DNA of 64,000 nucleotides. Source: Acidobacteriota bacterium. GTDB taxonomy: Bacteria; Acidobacteriota; UBA6911; RPQK01; JAJDTT01. How positions within the stretch are numbered: position 1 is the stretch's first letter; each line of letters starts with the position of its first letter. Below, in pieces: positions 18,014 through 27,948 of this stretch. The stretch lies in contig OZ253580.1 in assembly GCA_965263035.1 (NCBI GenBank), positions 1,392,196 to 1,456,195 on the forward strand. The letters run 5' to 3'. The notes under the pieces are model-generated. The model had not been told where the DNA came from. It worked only from the letters and a program-made list of their open reading frames with translations, and ran no database searches. The position numbers were made by a program, and so were the translations under genes.

Positions 18014-18601
18014 TTATATATCTGACTTGACATCAGCACACAGTTCCGGCGCCACGCTCGGCCCACTGGCCCACGTTTCGGCACCCAGGGCAAGAACCCC
18101 CGCCCTGAGAATGTTCAGGGCTGCATTGTGGTCCCTGTCCATTCTGAGATCGCAGGCTGAGCAGCGATACGTCTCGCTCCTTCCCGGTCGATACCGGGCA
18201 CCAAAACGGTGACAGTCCTGCGACGTGTTTTGTGGGTTGACTTCCACGAACTCCCGACCGGCCCACTCTGCCTTGTATCGGAGCCGGGGATACCCAGGAT
18301 TCTCTCCAGCCTTGCAGCGCCGGAAGAAGGCCTGGAAGGCTCGCTCCTGGCGAAACCACATCCCCCTTTCGGCCTTGACGGCAATGGCCCCGAGCCCGTC
18401 CGGATCGTTTCTCCGCTGCTGCGTCAAACCCCGCATCTGGTCATATAGAGTCACGGATTTCTCTTCCTTCTCCCAGGTGTCCTTACGCTCCTCCAGGGCG
18501 GAGTTGTAGAGGCGGTTCAAAACCGATCTGATCCAATCCAGATGCCGAAACCCTCCCTTGGACATCTTGGCTCGGCACTGAAATATTGTGTGAACCTTCA
18601 T
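18014..18601 (-). pseudogene. IS200/IS605-family TnpB relic with in-frame loss of the RuvC core.
   Basis: The first ~130 aa align with the TnpB N-terminal region (YNSALEER, FQAFFRR, GYPRLRYK ~ GFPRFRKK of ISDra2 TnpB). The ORF then jumps directly to the C-terminal zinc-finger/RuvC-III tail (NTSQDCHRFG...YRCSACDLRMDRDHNAALNILRAG). About 200 aa of catalytic core are missing. Confidence 0.65.
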
Positions 18602-18717
18602 AGTGAATGCGAAAACACATCTCTAGGACGATCTGTCAAGTTAGATAAATGAGCCCCTTGGGTTTCCTATCTGAGCCTAACGCTCCAGATGGAAAAAACG
18701 CGAAGCGGAGCGGCGGT

Positions 18718-19971
18718 TCACCCGCCAACTGGTGCGTGGACGCCGTTGCAGAGGTAGTCGAAAATTTCGTAGTTCCGGGCTCCGTGGGCCGCCCGGGTCC
18801 GGTACTCGTCGCTCAAAGGCTCGGAAAGCAGCATGGGGACCATCTCTTCATGGCGTCCGCCGTGGGACCTTAGAGGTTGGTTCAGGACGCTCAGATCATG
18901 GTCGGCAGGGGTCCTGCCGATGACGGCGCCGGCGTCCGCCATCACGACCAGATCGCCGATGCGGTCGGCCGGCAAGTCCAGTTCTCTCGACGCCGCAGTG
19001 CGGTCGTAGACTTCGTCGATGCCGGGCAGCCGGCGGATCCAAGCGGCCACGGCAGCGGTCTTGAGCGGTTCGGTCACGTGCACCATGACCGCCGAACCCA
19101 GAGAGCCGTGGTGAACGACGTAGGGGTCCGTGATGGGACAGACCACTCGGTTTCCCTCTCCGAAACGATCTCTCAGCAGAGATTCGAGATAGACGACGTT
19201 GGGGCTCCCGTCGGGCCGGGTTTTGGCATTCATTCCGTGGTCAGCCGTCACTCCAACCCGGGCGCCGGTCTCCAGCAGCGCGCCGATCTCCCGGTCCAGC
19301 GCCTGGTGGAAATCCAGTGACTCGGAAGACTCGGGAGGGTACTTGTGCTGCATGTAGTCAGTCAGGGAGAGGAAGAGAAAATCGACCATATCCCTCTGGA
19401 TGAGTCTGGCCCCGGCCGCCAGCACGAAGAGGCTGGCGTCGGCGCTGTAGATCTCCGGCTGTGGCCTGCCCACCAGGTCTTCCAGGTTCGCGATGCCGTG
19501 GGTCTCGACGGAGGCGACGGCGGCTCGCTCGGAAGAAAAGGCGATTCCGTTCAGGCCTTTCGTGAGCAGGTCACGGAGTTTCTCCTTGGCCGTCACCATA
19601 GCCACCTTTCTGCCGGCACGGGACGCCGCCGCCAGAATGGTGTCGCACCGGACGTAGCGGGATGAGTTCATCATCAGTTCCCGGCCGGTCCGCGGATCGA
19701 GAAAGAAGTTGCCGCTGATACCAGTCACGGACGGGGGGACCCCGGAGACGATGGCAGCATTGTTCACGTTGGTGAAGGAGGGGAGAGCGCCCCGGACCAC
19801 GGACTCGAATCCACCTGCGGCCAGACCGTCCAGATGAGGCATGCGGCCCCGACGCCTGGAGACCTCCAGGTACTCGGGCCCGCAGCCATCGATGCAGACC
19901 ACCACCAGGGGCTTGGCCGGAGGCCGGTATTCCCGCCCGTTGACCCGGAAAGGTGTGGTGCTGATCCGCAT
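18718..19971 (-). CDS. Alkaline-phosphatase-superfamily hydrolase, phosphonoacetate hydrolase (PhnA)-like.
   Basis: VVVCIDGCGPEYL, PSFTNVNNAAIVSGVPPSVTGISGNFF, VAMVTAKEKLRDLL and ITDPYVVHHGSLGS match, from memory, the conserved blocks of Pseudomonas PhnA. Confidence 0.6.
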   Translation of the reverse strand: MRISTTPFRVNGREYRPPAKPLVVVCIDGCGPEYLEVSRRRGRMPHLDGLAAGGFESVVRGALPSFTNVNNAAIVSGVPPSVTGISGNFFLDPRTGRELMMNSSRYVRCDTILAAASRAGRKVAMVTAKEKLRDLLTKGLNGIAFSSERAAVASVETHGIANLEDLVGRPQPEIYSADASLFVLAAGARLIQRDMVDFLFLSLTDYMQHKYPPESSESLDFHQALDREIGALLETGARVGVTADHGMNAKTRPDGSPNVVYLESLLRDRFGEGNRVVCPITDPYVVHHGSLGSAVMVHVTEPLKTAAVAAWIRRLPGIDEVYDRTAASRELDLPADRIGDLVVMADAGAVIGRTPADHDLSVLNQPLRSHGGRHEEMVPMLLSEPLSDEYRTRAAHGARNYEIFDYLCNGVHAPVGG

Positions 19972-19981
19972 CAAGCAGCCG

Positions 19982-20797
19982 TCAATTGGAGAAGTACCAG
20001 CGCAGAATCTCGGGACCCCAAAGGGCGGCCGCAGCCGATGCCACACCCAGGAACGTTCCGAACGGCAACGGGTAGCTCCGTCGCTTGGAGCGGGCCCGCA
20101 TGTAGATGGAGCCCGCGACGGCTCCCACCACCGAACCCAGGAAGACGCTCAGCCAGGCACACTTCCAGCCCAGGAAGGCGCCCAGCATGGCCGTCATCTT
20201 GACGTCGCCGAATCCCATCCCGTCGATGCCTGAAAAACGGCGGTAGAGGGCGGCGATCAACCAAAGAAAGCCACCTCCCACCCCGGCTCCCAGGAGGGAG
20301 AATCCCAGGTGGTCCCAGGCCGGGAGCGACGCCGTCCTCGCCTCCCAGTGGAAGAAATCCGGATCCTGAAAAGGCGACAGGAGGACACCGGCCGCCAAAC
20401 CTCCGAGCGTCAGGACGTCGGGCAGGATCCGATGGTAAAGGTCGATGACGGTGAGAGCCAGGATCAACGCCAGGAACAGGCAGCTGACCACAAAGGCCGA
20501 GGACCAACCGAACCGCATCCAGGCGGTGACAAAAAGAGCTGCGGTCGCGGCCTCCAGCAGCGGGTACTGGAGAGAGATGCGCCGGTGGCAGGCGCGGCAG
20601 CGGCCCTTGAGGAGCAAGAAGCTCAAGACCGGAATGTTGTCCCCGGCCGATATCGGTTTCGAGCAGTTCGGGCAGCGGGAGCGGGGCCGAATGACCGACT
20701 CCCGGCGCGGGAGACGGTGAATGCAGACATTGAGAAAGCTTCCGATCACCAATCCGGCCAGGGCCGGCACGACTGCGATCCAATCCATCTCCCGCAA
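19982..20797 (-). CDS. pilD: Prepilin peptidase (A24 family, PilD/GspO).
   Basis: N-terminal GSFLNV, the Cys-rich RCPNC...CRAC zinc site and a multi-TM C-terminal peptidase domain. Confidence 0.85.
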   Translation of the reverse strand: MREMDWIAVVPALAGLVIGSFLNVCIHRLPRRESVIRPRSRCPNCSKPISAGDNIPVLSFLLLKGRCRACHRRISLQYPLLEAATAALFVTAWMRFGWSSAFVVSCLFLALILALTVIDLYHRILPDVLTLGGLAAGVLLSPFQDPDFFHWEARTASLPAWDHLGFSLLGAGVGGGFLWLIAALYRRFSGIDGMGFGDVKMTAMLGAFLGWKCAWLSVFLGSVVGAVAGSIYMRARSKRRSYPLPFGTFLGVASAAAALWGPEILRWYFSN

Positions 20798-20858
20798 TTA
20801 TACGCGTGGCTTGGCAGGGTCCGGTTGCACCAGGAGACGGAGCTGCCCGAATGCCGGA

Positions 20859-22544
20859 CTATTCGCGGCGGGCCAGTACGATGTCGTTGTTGTCGACGAT
20901 GGTGTACATGGCCTTCTCCAGGTCGGTCACGGCCTGTTGATAGTCCACCCGAGCCCTCAGCTCCTGCACCTGCGCGTGGCTCAGGTCCCTCTGATAACGG
21001 AGCACTTCGAAGTTGGTGGACAGGCCGGCCTGGAAACGCTTGTTCTCGCCCTCCAACTGGGCCTCCGAGAGCTGGCGCGCAACCCCGGCCGCTTCCAGGC
21101 GCTTCCTCTGGGTGGCGATGGTCTCGTAGGCATTGCGCACTTCCACGATGATCATCTGCTGCTGGTTCTTCAGTTGACTGGCAAGCCGGCGATCCCGGAT
21201 CAGGATGCTCGCTCTCTCCGCCTCGTTGGCCCGGTTCTTCAGCGGGATCTCCACGCTGACACCGAGAGTGTAGTTGATGTAGTCGAACCCGAAGACCTGA
21301 CCCCACGAATTTCCGAAACCGCCGTAGAACGGACTCCCCTGCTGAGGCACGTTCTGCATTCGGGTGTCGGGGACGCCGTCCCCATCGGTATCCACGAACT
21401 CGCTTCCGAACACCTCTCCGGCGCGCCCCGTATTGGTCAGGCTCGCCACCAGGTCCACGCTGGGTCGTCCATCCTTTTGAAAGAACTCCCGGTCCACCTC
21501 GACCTGTTCCCGTGCCAACTGATTTTGTTTCAGTTCGGGACGCCTCTCCATGGCCCTGGCGATGGCCTCATCCAGAGTGATCACCAAATCCTGGACTTGA
21601 GGACGCTGGGTGGGGATCAGCGTCAGATTCCAGATGGACGCCGTCGGGTCCGGCGCCAGATAACGCTTGAGTCCGTTCTGGGAGGTAATGATCTGAACCT
21701 CCGACTGGATCATCTCCTGCTCTCGCGTGGCCACTTCGGCCCGAGAGGCGGTGACTTCGATGGGCGCCATGACGCCGATCCGGACCCGCTTCTGATTGTT
21801 CTCGTGCTGGATGATGGCCAGCTCCATGGACTTGCGAATGGCTTCGTAGCTTTCGATCGCGAACACCAGTTCCCAATACTGATTCTGCACCTGTTGGACG
21901 ATCTCCGACACTTTCTGTTGAAACTGGCTGTCGTTGATCTCGGTCTCCAGGTTGTAGATCCTGAGCTGGCGCCGGGTCCAGGTCTCGCGGAATCCCCTCA
22001 AGAGCGGCTGGCGCAAGATAACCGCGATGTTGGATCCAAAAGAGGGATTCATGAAGGAAAAGGAACTGTTGGTGCTGAAACGGTTGTTGTTGAAGTTCAA
22101 GGTGAGGCTGCTTCCGTTAGGCAGATTCTGCACCAGCGAGCTGTCGAAATAGATCCGGTCCGTGGTGTTCACCGGAATGCCCTGACCCGCGTCCAGGATG
22201 GACCGAGCCGGATTCTCAGTGGCCGCCCAGCCCACCTCGAATTGGATCCTGGGATCGTAGAAGCCCTTGGTTCCAAAGATCAGTTGTCGGTTCAGATCCT
22301 CGTTGTAGTCCTCGATGGAGATCTCCAGGTTGTTGATCAACGACAGGCGGATGGCGTCCTTGACACTCAACTCCCGTACCGGTTTCTCACGGCGCATCCG
22401 ATCCGCCCACGACTCGGGCCGGTCGATTTCCGGCATCTTTGGCCCGGTCTGATCCGTGGCCGCCTTCCCTTGAGGGCCACCCCGCAAAAAGGACACGGCC
22501 AATACGAGAAAGATGGGAAGAATGATTCCTGTGACGATCTTCAT
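20859..22544 (-). CDS. TolC-family outer-membrane efflux protein.
   Basis: Signal peptide MKIVTGIILPIFLVLAVS. Two tandem repeats of the OEP-type coiled-coil/beta-barrel pattern. Length ~560 aa. Confidence 0.7.
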   Translation of the reverse strand: MKIVTGIILPIFLVLAVSFLRGGPQGKAATDQTGPKMPEIDRPESWADRMRREKPVRELSVKDAIRLSLINNLEISIEDYNEDLNRQLIFGTKGFYDPRIQFEVGWAATENPARSILDAGQGIPVNTTDRIYFDSSLVQNLPNGSSLTLNFNNNRFSTNSSFSFMNPSFGSNIAVILRQPLLRGFRETWTRRQLRIYNLETEINDSQFQQKVSEIVQQVQNQYWELVFAIESYEAIRKSMELAIIQHENNQKRVRIGVMAPIEVTASRAEVATREQEMIQSEVQIITSQNGLKRYLAPDPTASIWNLTLIPTQRPQVQDLVITLDEAIARAMERRPELKQNQLAREQVEVDREFFQKDGRPSVDLVASLTNTGRAGEVFGSEFVDTDGDGVPDTRMQNVPQQGSPFYGGFGNSWGQVFGFDYINYTLGVSVEIPLKNRANEAERASILIRDRRLASQLKNQQQMIIVEVRNAYETIATQRKRLEAAGVARQLSEAQLEGENKRFQAGLSTNFEVLRYQRDLSHAQVQELRARVDYQQAVTDLEKAMYTIVDNNDIVLARRE

Positions 22545-22825
22545 TGCATCTCCTGGATAGCTCGAGACTCGGCAAACTTTGGTGAAGGTCCCCGCACCAT
22601 TCGACGGTTGCCATTGGGGACTTTCACCACGGAATGTACCACGAGGTTCCACCCTTATGGTGTACGAACGACACGGGAAGATTGTTTCAACAACCTGGAG
22701 GTGGGGTTAAGGGCTCGAAGCGCCGGCCACCGGGGGAGGACCCTCCCAGGAGCCGGCGCTGAAGGTGGTCGCGGCATTCGACCGGCGCTACGCGGAACCT
22801 GCCGGAGACGCCGGAATGCGTGCCG

Positions 22826-23899
22826 TCAATTCTCGGACTCAGGCTCAGACTCGGGCTCGGACTCGGACTCGCTCGGCCGCGTCCGCTTCAGGGAGGGCCG
22901 CTTCAACGTCGGTCGGTCGCCCTTCAACGTGGGCTCTTCCCGATCGTCCCGGTCGTTGGTCCGACGCTTCAAGGTGGGGCGGGAAGCGCCGCTCTTGGTT
23001 CCGCCCTGCCCCGGACGGATCTCCGCACGATCCATCTGGATCAGCCGCGCCTTCACCCGGTCGAACTCGGAAGTGCTGACCACGTACTCGTCCTTGGCCG
23101 GCAAATGCGAGATCTCCTTGTTCACCTGGGTGATCCGGTTCTCGAAGGAGGGGTGAGTCCGAAAGAAGCTGGCGAACTTGCCGGGCCGGTTCTTGTCCTT
23201 GGCCTGCATCTTCTCGAAGAAGGAAATGAATCCCTGCGGGTCGTATCCCGTATTCCAGAGGTACTGGGTCCCCAACTGATCGGCTTCGACCTCCGACTTG
23301 CGGGTAATGCCCAGAACCGCCAGGTTCATGCCCATTCCCAGCCCCTGATAGAGCGCGTACTGAGCCCAGCCACCGGTGAAGATCAGGGCCGGCAGAGCCG
23401 CGAACTGCATGAGTTGGCCCTTGGTCATCCTCTCGGTGGCATGCCGGGCCGTCACGTGGGCGATCTCGTGAGCCATGACCCCGGCCAGCTCGGCCTCGTC
23501 CTCGGCCTCCAGGATCAGCCCCTTGTTCACGAAGAAGTAGCCGCCTGGCAAGGCGAAGGCGTTCACCTCTTCGGAATCGAGCACGCGGATCACGAAGGGA
23601 ACTTTCGCGTCGGAGTTCTTCACGATGTACTGTCCCAGTCCGTCGACGTACTCGATCACTACAGGATCTTCCACCAGCCGGGCAGTCTGCTCGATCTGCT
23701 GGGCGTACTGGGCGCCCAAATGGATCTCCTTCTCCAGCGACACGAAGTTCGGGAAGATCATGGCTACCTTCCCGTTGATATCCCGGTTGCCGATATTTTC
23801 CACATCCCCGTGTTTGCGCCCGGATTGTGTCGGCACGTTCGCCAGCAGCACCAGGGCCACGGTCACGAGAGTCAATGGGATTCTGGTTCGTTTGGTCAT
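22826..23899 (-). CDS. M48-family Zn metallopeptidase (BepA/YfgC-like) with an acidic Glu/Ser/Pro-rich C-terminal tail.
   Basis: HEIAHV zinc-binding motif; signal peptide; C-terminal ESESEPESEPESE low-complexity tail. Confidence 0.75.
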   Translation of the reverse strand: MTKRTRIPLTLVTVALVLLANVPTQSGRKHGDVENIGNRDINGKVAMIFPNFVSLEKEIHLGAQYAQQIEQTARLVEDPVVIEYVDGLGQYIVKNSDAKVPFVIRVLDSEEVNAFALPGGYFFVNKGLILEAEDEAELAGVMAHEIAHVTARHATERMTKGQLMQFAALPALIFTGGWAQYALYQGLGMGMNLAVLGITRKSEVEADQLGTQYLWNTGYDPQGFISFFEKMQAKDKNRPGKFASFFRTHPSFENRITQVNKEISHLPAKDEYVVSTSEFDRVKARLIQMDRAEIRPGQGGTKSGASRPTLKRRTNDRDDREEPTLKGDRPTLKRPSLKRTRPSESESEPESEPESEN

Positions 23900-24130
23900 G
23901 GTAGCGTCCTCATGAGGGTTAGGGACTGACATTCAGTATATCCGTAGTCAGGCAGATCTGCCAAGAACACGCCGGAACCGTTACGGTCTTTCCATGTGCG
24001 CCGCATCTCTGCTAACTTCCTTCACCATATTCCGATGCTTCCACAAGCTTCCGGGTTCAATAGCTCAAGGCCACCCGTCTTCCTCGGCGGAGAGGTCCGC
24101 TCCTGGGTCAAGATACTGACCGCGTCCCAG

Positions 24131-25726
24131 ATGGGGACCGTGGACCGGCTCACCACCCGGGACTGCGGACTCCCCAGCCTGCTGTTGATGGAAAACGCCG
24201 GGCTGAACCTGTATCAGGTCCTAAAATCCCACTTCGGGGAACGGCTTGCCAGCCGCTCCACCGTGATTCTCTGCGGCAAAGGGAACAACGGCGGAGACGG
24301 TCTGGTCCTGGCGCGCCAATTGGCGCGCCGCGAATCTTCCCCGACGGTGGTCCTGCTCTGCAGACCCGGGCAGCTGCGGGGAGACGCCGCCGTCCAGTTG
24401 AAGGCGTACCGGAAATCCGGTGGAGAGGTGGTGTCCGTCACCTCACGGGAGGAGTGGACGAAGGTTGCGCCCATCCTCGGCAGCTGCCGGATCTTGGTGG
24501 ACGCCCTCCTGGGAACCGGGCTCGGACGTCCCGTAACCGGACTGCTCGCAGAGGTGGTTCGGGACGTCAACGGCAGCGGCGCCTTCGTGCTGGCCGTGGA
24601 CATCCCGACGGGTACCCCCTCCGACGGCCTCCGGCCTATCGGGCCCTCGGTCCGGGCTCACGCCACCGTCACCTTCACGGCCCCCAAGATCGCCCACATT
24701 CTTCACCAGGAGCCGGAGACGTTCGGACAGATCTACGTCACTCCCATCGGGACGCCCCTCCAGGTGCTGGATACACCGGAACACTTTCTGAACCTGATGA
24801 TGCCTGCCCGGATCCGGGCGGTCCTGCCGGCCCGAAAGGCGTTCTCCCACAAGGGCACATTCGGGCATGTGGCGGTCATTGCGGGGAGCCGGGGCAAGAC
24901 CGGGGCCGGCGCCCTGGCCTCCCGAGCCGCGTTGAGATCCGGGTCCGGCCTGGTGACGGGCTTGGCCCCCGACGCCGTCCAACCACTGATGGCCTCCTTC
25001 CAGCCTGAGATCATGACGGAAGGGGTGCCGTCCACGCCCGCTGGAACCTTGGCCTCGTCCGGAATCGATCGCATTCTGGAACTATTGGAGGGCAAGGACG
25101 CCGCCGGCCTGGGGCCGGGCCTGAGCACGGAGAAGGAAACCGTCGACGTGGTTCGCCGGCTGACGCGGGAGGCCGAGGTTCCCCTGGTCCTGGATGCCGA
25201 CGCCTTGAACGCCTATGCCGGCCGGGCCCACGAGTTGGTCAACCTGAAGGGGCAACCCCTCGTCATCACTCCCCACCCGGGCGAGTTTGCCCGCCTGACG
25301 GCCCATTCCATTCCGCAAATTACGGAAAACGGGATCTCCATCGCCCGCGAGTTCGCCCGGAACCGGAATCTCTGGCTCGTGCTCAAGGGGTTCCGGACCC
25401 TGGTGGCGTCGCCGGACGGCCAAGTCTATGCCTGTCCGCTGGGAAACCCGGGAATGGCCACCGCAGGAAGCGGCGACGTCCTTACGGGCGTGATCACCTC
25501 TTTCCTGGGCCAGTATCGGGCCCAGGCCCGCGTCTCTCCGCCGCAGACCACCGACGCCGTCGTCACCGCCGTCTACCTCCATTCCCTGGCCGGCGATCTG
25601 GCGGCCCAAACGCGGGGGATGGACTCGCTGGCGGCCACAGACATCATCGATCACCTGGGATCGGCCTTCCTCCAGCTGCGCGGCCGTGGAGGGCGGCACA
25701 GCGACCCGGTGGGAAATGCGGGCTAG
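24131..25726 (+). CDS. nnr: Bifunctional NAD(P)H-hydrate repair enzyme (epimerase + ADP-dependent dehydratase).
   Basis: YjeF-N motif ILCGKGNNGGDGLVLARQL and the C-terminal carbohydrate-kinase-like domain with GSGDVLTGVI. Confidence 0.85.
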   Translation: MGTVDRLTTRDCGLPSLLLMENAGLNLYQVLKSHFGERLASRSTVILCGKGNNGGDGLVLARQLARRESSPTVVLLCRPGQLRGDAAVQLKAYRKSGGEVVSVTSREEWTKVAPILGSCRILVDALLGTGLGRPVTGLLAEVVRDVNGSGAFVLAVDIPTGTPSDGLRPIGPSVRAHATVTFTAPKIAHILHQEPETFGQIYVTPIGTPLQVLDTPEHFLNLMMPARIRAVLPARKAFSHKGTFGHVAVIAGSRGKTGAGALASRAALRSGSGLVTGLAPDAVQPLMASFQPEIMTEGVPSTPAGTLASSGIDRILELLEGKDAAGLGPGLSTEKETVDVVRRLTREAEVPLVLDADALNAYAGRAHELVNLKGQPLVITPHPGEFARLTAHSIPQITENGISIAREFARNRNLWLVLKGFRTLVASPDGQVYACPLGNPGMATAGSGDVLTGVITSFLGQYRAQARVSPPQTTDAVVTAVYLHSLAGDLAAQTRGMDSLAATDIIDHLGSAFLQLRGRGGRHSDPVGNAG

Positions 25727-26177
25727 CCAGATCCTTCGCTCCAGCAGCGAAGAGGAGACACGGCGCATCGGCCTCAGGCTGGGTGAGACGCTGCACCCTC
25801 CGCGTGTGGTCCTCCTCTCTGGAGAGCTGGGAGCCGGCAAGACGGTGTTCACCCAGGCCTTGGCAGCCGGTCTGGAGGTCGAAGATCTCTCCCTGGTCCG
25901 AAGTCCCTCCTTCACCCTGATCAACGAGTACCCGTCGGCTCGCGGTCCCATCTACCATGTCGACCTGTACCGCCTGGAGGGAGCGGACGACTTCCATTCC
26001 ATCGGTATGGAGGAGATCCTGGAGCGGGAAGCCGTCGTCATCATCGAATGGGGCGAAAAGCTCGACTTGCCCGTGGAAGACCCCGTCCGTATCCGAATCC
26101 TGGTAGACCCGGCGAGCGACGAGCGCCTGCTGGAAATCGACGTCGGAGAGGAAAGAGGAAAGAGGAAAGAGAGATAA
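25716..26177 (+). CDS. tsaE: tRNA t6A37 threonylcarbamoyladenosine biosynthesis protein TsaE.
   Basis: P-loop GELGAGKT and ~150 aa length. The nnr-tsaE adjacency is conserved in many bacteria. Confidence 0.8.
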   Translation: MRASQILRSSSEEETRRIGLRLGETLHPPRVVLLSGELGAGKTVFTQALAAGLEVEDLSLVRSPSFTLINEYPSARGPIYHVDLYRLEGADDFHSIGMEEILEREAVVIIEWGEKLDLPVEDPVRIRILVDPASDERLLEIDVGEERGKRKER

Positions 26178-26555
26178 GGTGGCGGCTGGCTCTGAGATAA
26201 CTCGATCTCACTCGAGGTATGTGACTTGGGCGTGAGAGGAGAGGAGAGCTTTCTTATGGGGCGGGATCCGGTGAAGTCACCGGAGAAACAAGGCATCGAG
26301 TTAGTCCGGCTCAGATGCCCCCGATGAGATCATTTCCCATTCTGCGCCCCCCTGCGCGTCAACTACCCACCCTCTTTCCTCTTTCCTGATTTCCCCTGCT
26401 TCCCCGAAGACAATATTCATGCTTTTCCAGCAGAGATCGTTTGAGTTCTGTGAAGCCAACACACGAAAAGAGGTGAGACCATCGCTGCCAACGCTGTACT
26501 GCTGACTCGTCTGCTGGAGTTTCCCGCAACTGCGCTTCCAACTCATTTCACCGGA

Positions 26556-27026
26556 GTGGCCACTGGGGAGGGGCGTGTCCGAACCGGATCCCCAGCACGT
26601 GGGAATGCTCACGGCTATCAGCTGCTGGAAGTCACGTTGACCTGCCTGCTCATCGGCTTTCTGGCCTCGCTGGCATGGCCGGCCTATCAGCAGGTGCGGG
26701 ATCACTGGAGACTGTCGCAGGGGTCTCATCTCTTTCTCTCCCTCCTGGAGCAGGGGCGTACCGCGGCCATCGGGCGGAATCTGACCGTACAGATCCGAGT
26801 TTCACCCGACGGGGGACGAGCCACGATTGCACCGGCAGGGGAAGAGACCGGACATTGGCTGACCCTCCCCAGGGGAGTTCTGGTCGTCCGGAGGCCAAAC
26901 CGCGAAATATCCTTCTATTCCAGAGGGACCGCCGCTCCGGGCGGGACGTTTGTCCTGGGCAACTCTGCCGGCAAGATCCGCATCGTGATCTCGCCGGCCG
27001 GGAGGATTCGATGGCAGAGAGGATAG
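26556..27026 (+). CDS. Type IV pilin-like minor pseudopilin (GspH/FimT-like).
   Basis: A prepilin-type N-terminus (GYQLLEVTLTCLLIG) followed by a beta-rich domain. Confidence 0.55.
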   Translation: MATGEGRVRTGSPARGNAHGYQLLEVTLTCLLIGFLASLAWPAYQQVRDHWRLSQGSHLFLSLLEQGRTAAIGRNLTVQIRVSPDGGRATIAPAGEETGHWLTLPRGVLVVRRPNREISFYSRGTAAPGGTFVLGNSAGKIRIVISPAGRIRWQRG

Positions 27027-27331
27027 CCGGGGACAGCGCCGAGGACGGGTTCGCCCTCCTGGAGCACCTGATGGCCACAACGATACTGACCGTCGCCGTC
27101 CTTTCCCTGATCCAGACCATGGCTCTGACCCTGGGCAACTACGCCATCATGGAAAAACGGCGCCAGGAAATTCTGCAACGGTGGAACCGGGGCGAAGAGG
27201 CCCGCTCCCGGGAGCCGGAAGGGGAGAGGATCGTCCTGGTGCCGGACGGACCCTTGTTGTGGCGCCTGAACGTCTCGGGCACCGAGGACGAGAACGCCTC
27301 AAGTTGGGAGGTGCTCCGATCGCTACCCTGA
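27011..27331 (+). CDS. Minor pseudopilin (GspI-like).
   Basis: N-terminal GFALLEHLMATTILTVAVL prepilin-type cleavage/methylation segment. ~105 aa. Confidence 0.5.
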   Translation: MAERIAGDSAEDGFALLEHLMATTILTVAVLSLIQTMALTLGNYAIMEKRRQEILQRWNRGEEARSREPEGERIVLVPDGPLLWRLNVSGTEDENASSWEVLRSLP

Positions 27332-27345
27332 ATGGAGGCGTCCGA

Positions 27346-27948
27346 ATGAGCCCGATTGATTCGCCGGCGGGACCCCGCGGGGCGAAGACGAAAGAGGGGG
27401 AACGGGGATTCAGCCTGATCGAGGCGCTTCTGGCCACCGCTGCCTCGGCGCTCCTTTTCTCTCTTTTTCTGGGAATGTTCGACCAGGTTCAGACCACCGT
27501 CACCAATCTCACACGCTTGATGGAACGGGACCGGAACCTGATCCTGGCCCCCGTCCTGCTGGGTGGGTGGATCCTGGGAGCGGGCAACCGGGAGTGGAAC
27601 CGGGCCGGGGACGGAATCCTGATCCAGTCCGGAATCCTCCAGATCGAGTCCGACCTGGACGGGAAGGACGGGTTTCCCGACGGGCGAGTCGACGGCAATT
27701 TCGAGAGCCTGTCGCTCCGCTGCCGGACGGAGCATTTGCAACTCAAGAGCGGCGGGGGGAGCTTTCAAGCCGTCCTGAAACACATCCGGCAGTGGGAAAT
27801 TCTGATGCAAGGACGGTTGCTGAGCCTTCGCCTCACCGGCGCCGTCAGCCCCAACCTGATGTACTGGAAAGGGGACGGAGAGACCGTTGAGACGATCCAA
27901 TTCACGCTTCGGAACTACCGGCCCAACCTCTTCCCTCCCCGGGATTGA
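27346..27948 (+). CDS. Minor pseudopilin (GspJ-like).
   Basis: N-terminal GFSLIEALLATAASALLF prepilin-type segment. Confidence 0.5.
   Translation: MSPIDSPAGPRGAKTKEGERGFSLIEALLATAASALLFSLFLGMFDQVQTTVTNLTRLMERDRNLILAPVLLGGWILGAGNREWNRAGDGILIQSGILQIESDLDGKDGFPDGRVDGNFESLSLRCRTEHLQLKSGGGSFQAVLKHIRQWEILMQGRLLSLRLTGAVSPNLMYWKGDGETVETIQFTLRNYRPNLFPPRD

Noticed and set aside
19971-20783. 270-aa minus-strand ORF overlapping pilD in another frame.
   Set aside because: It is an alternative frame of the prepilin peptidase gene, which has the canonical motifs.
20721-23156. 811-aa plus-strand ORF.
   Set aside because: It is antisense to the TolC-like and M48 peptidase genes, with Arg/Gly/Leu-rich low complexity.
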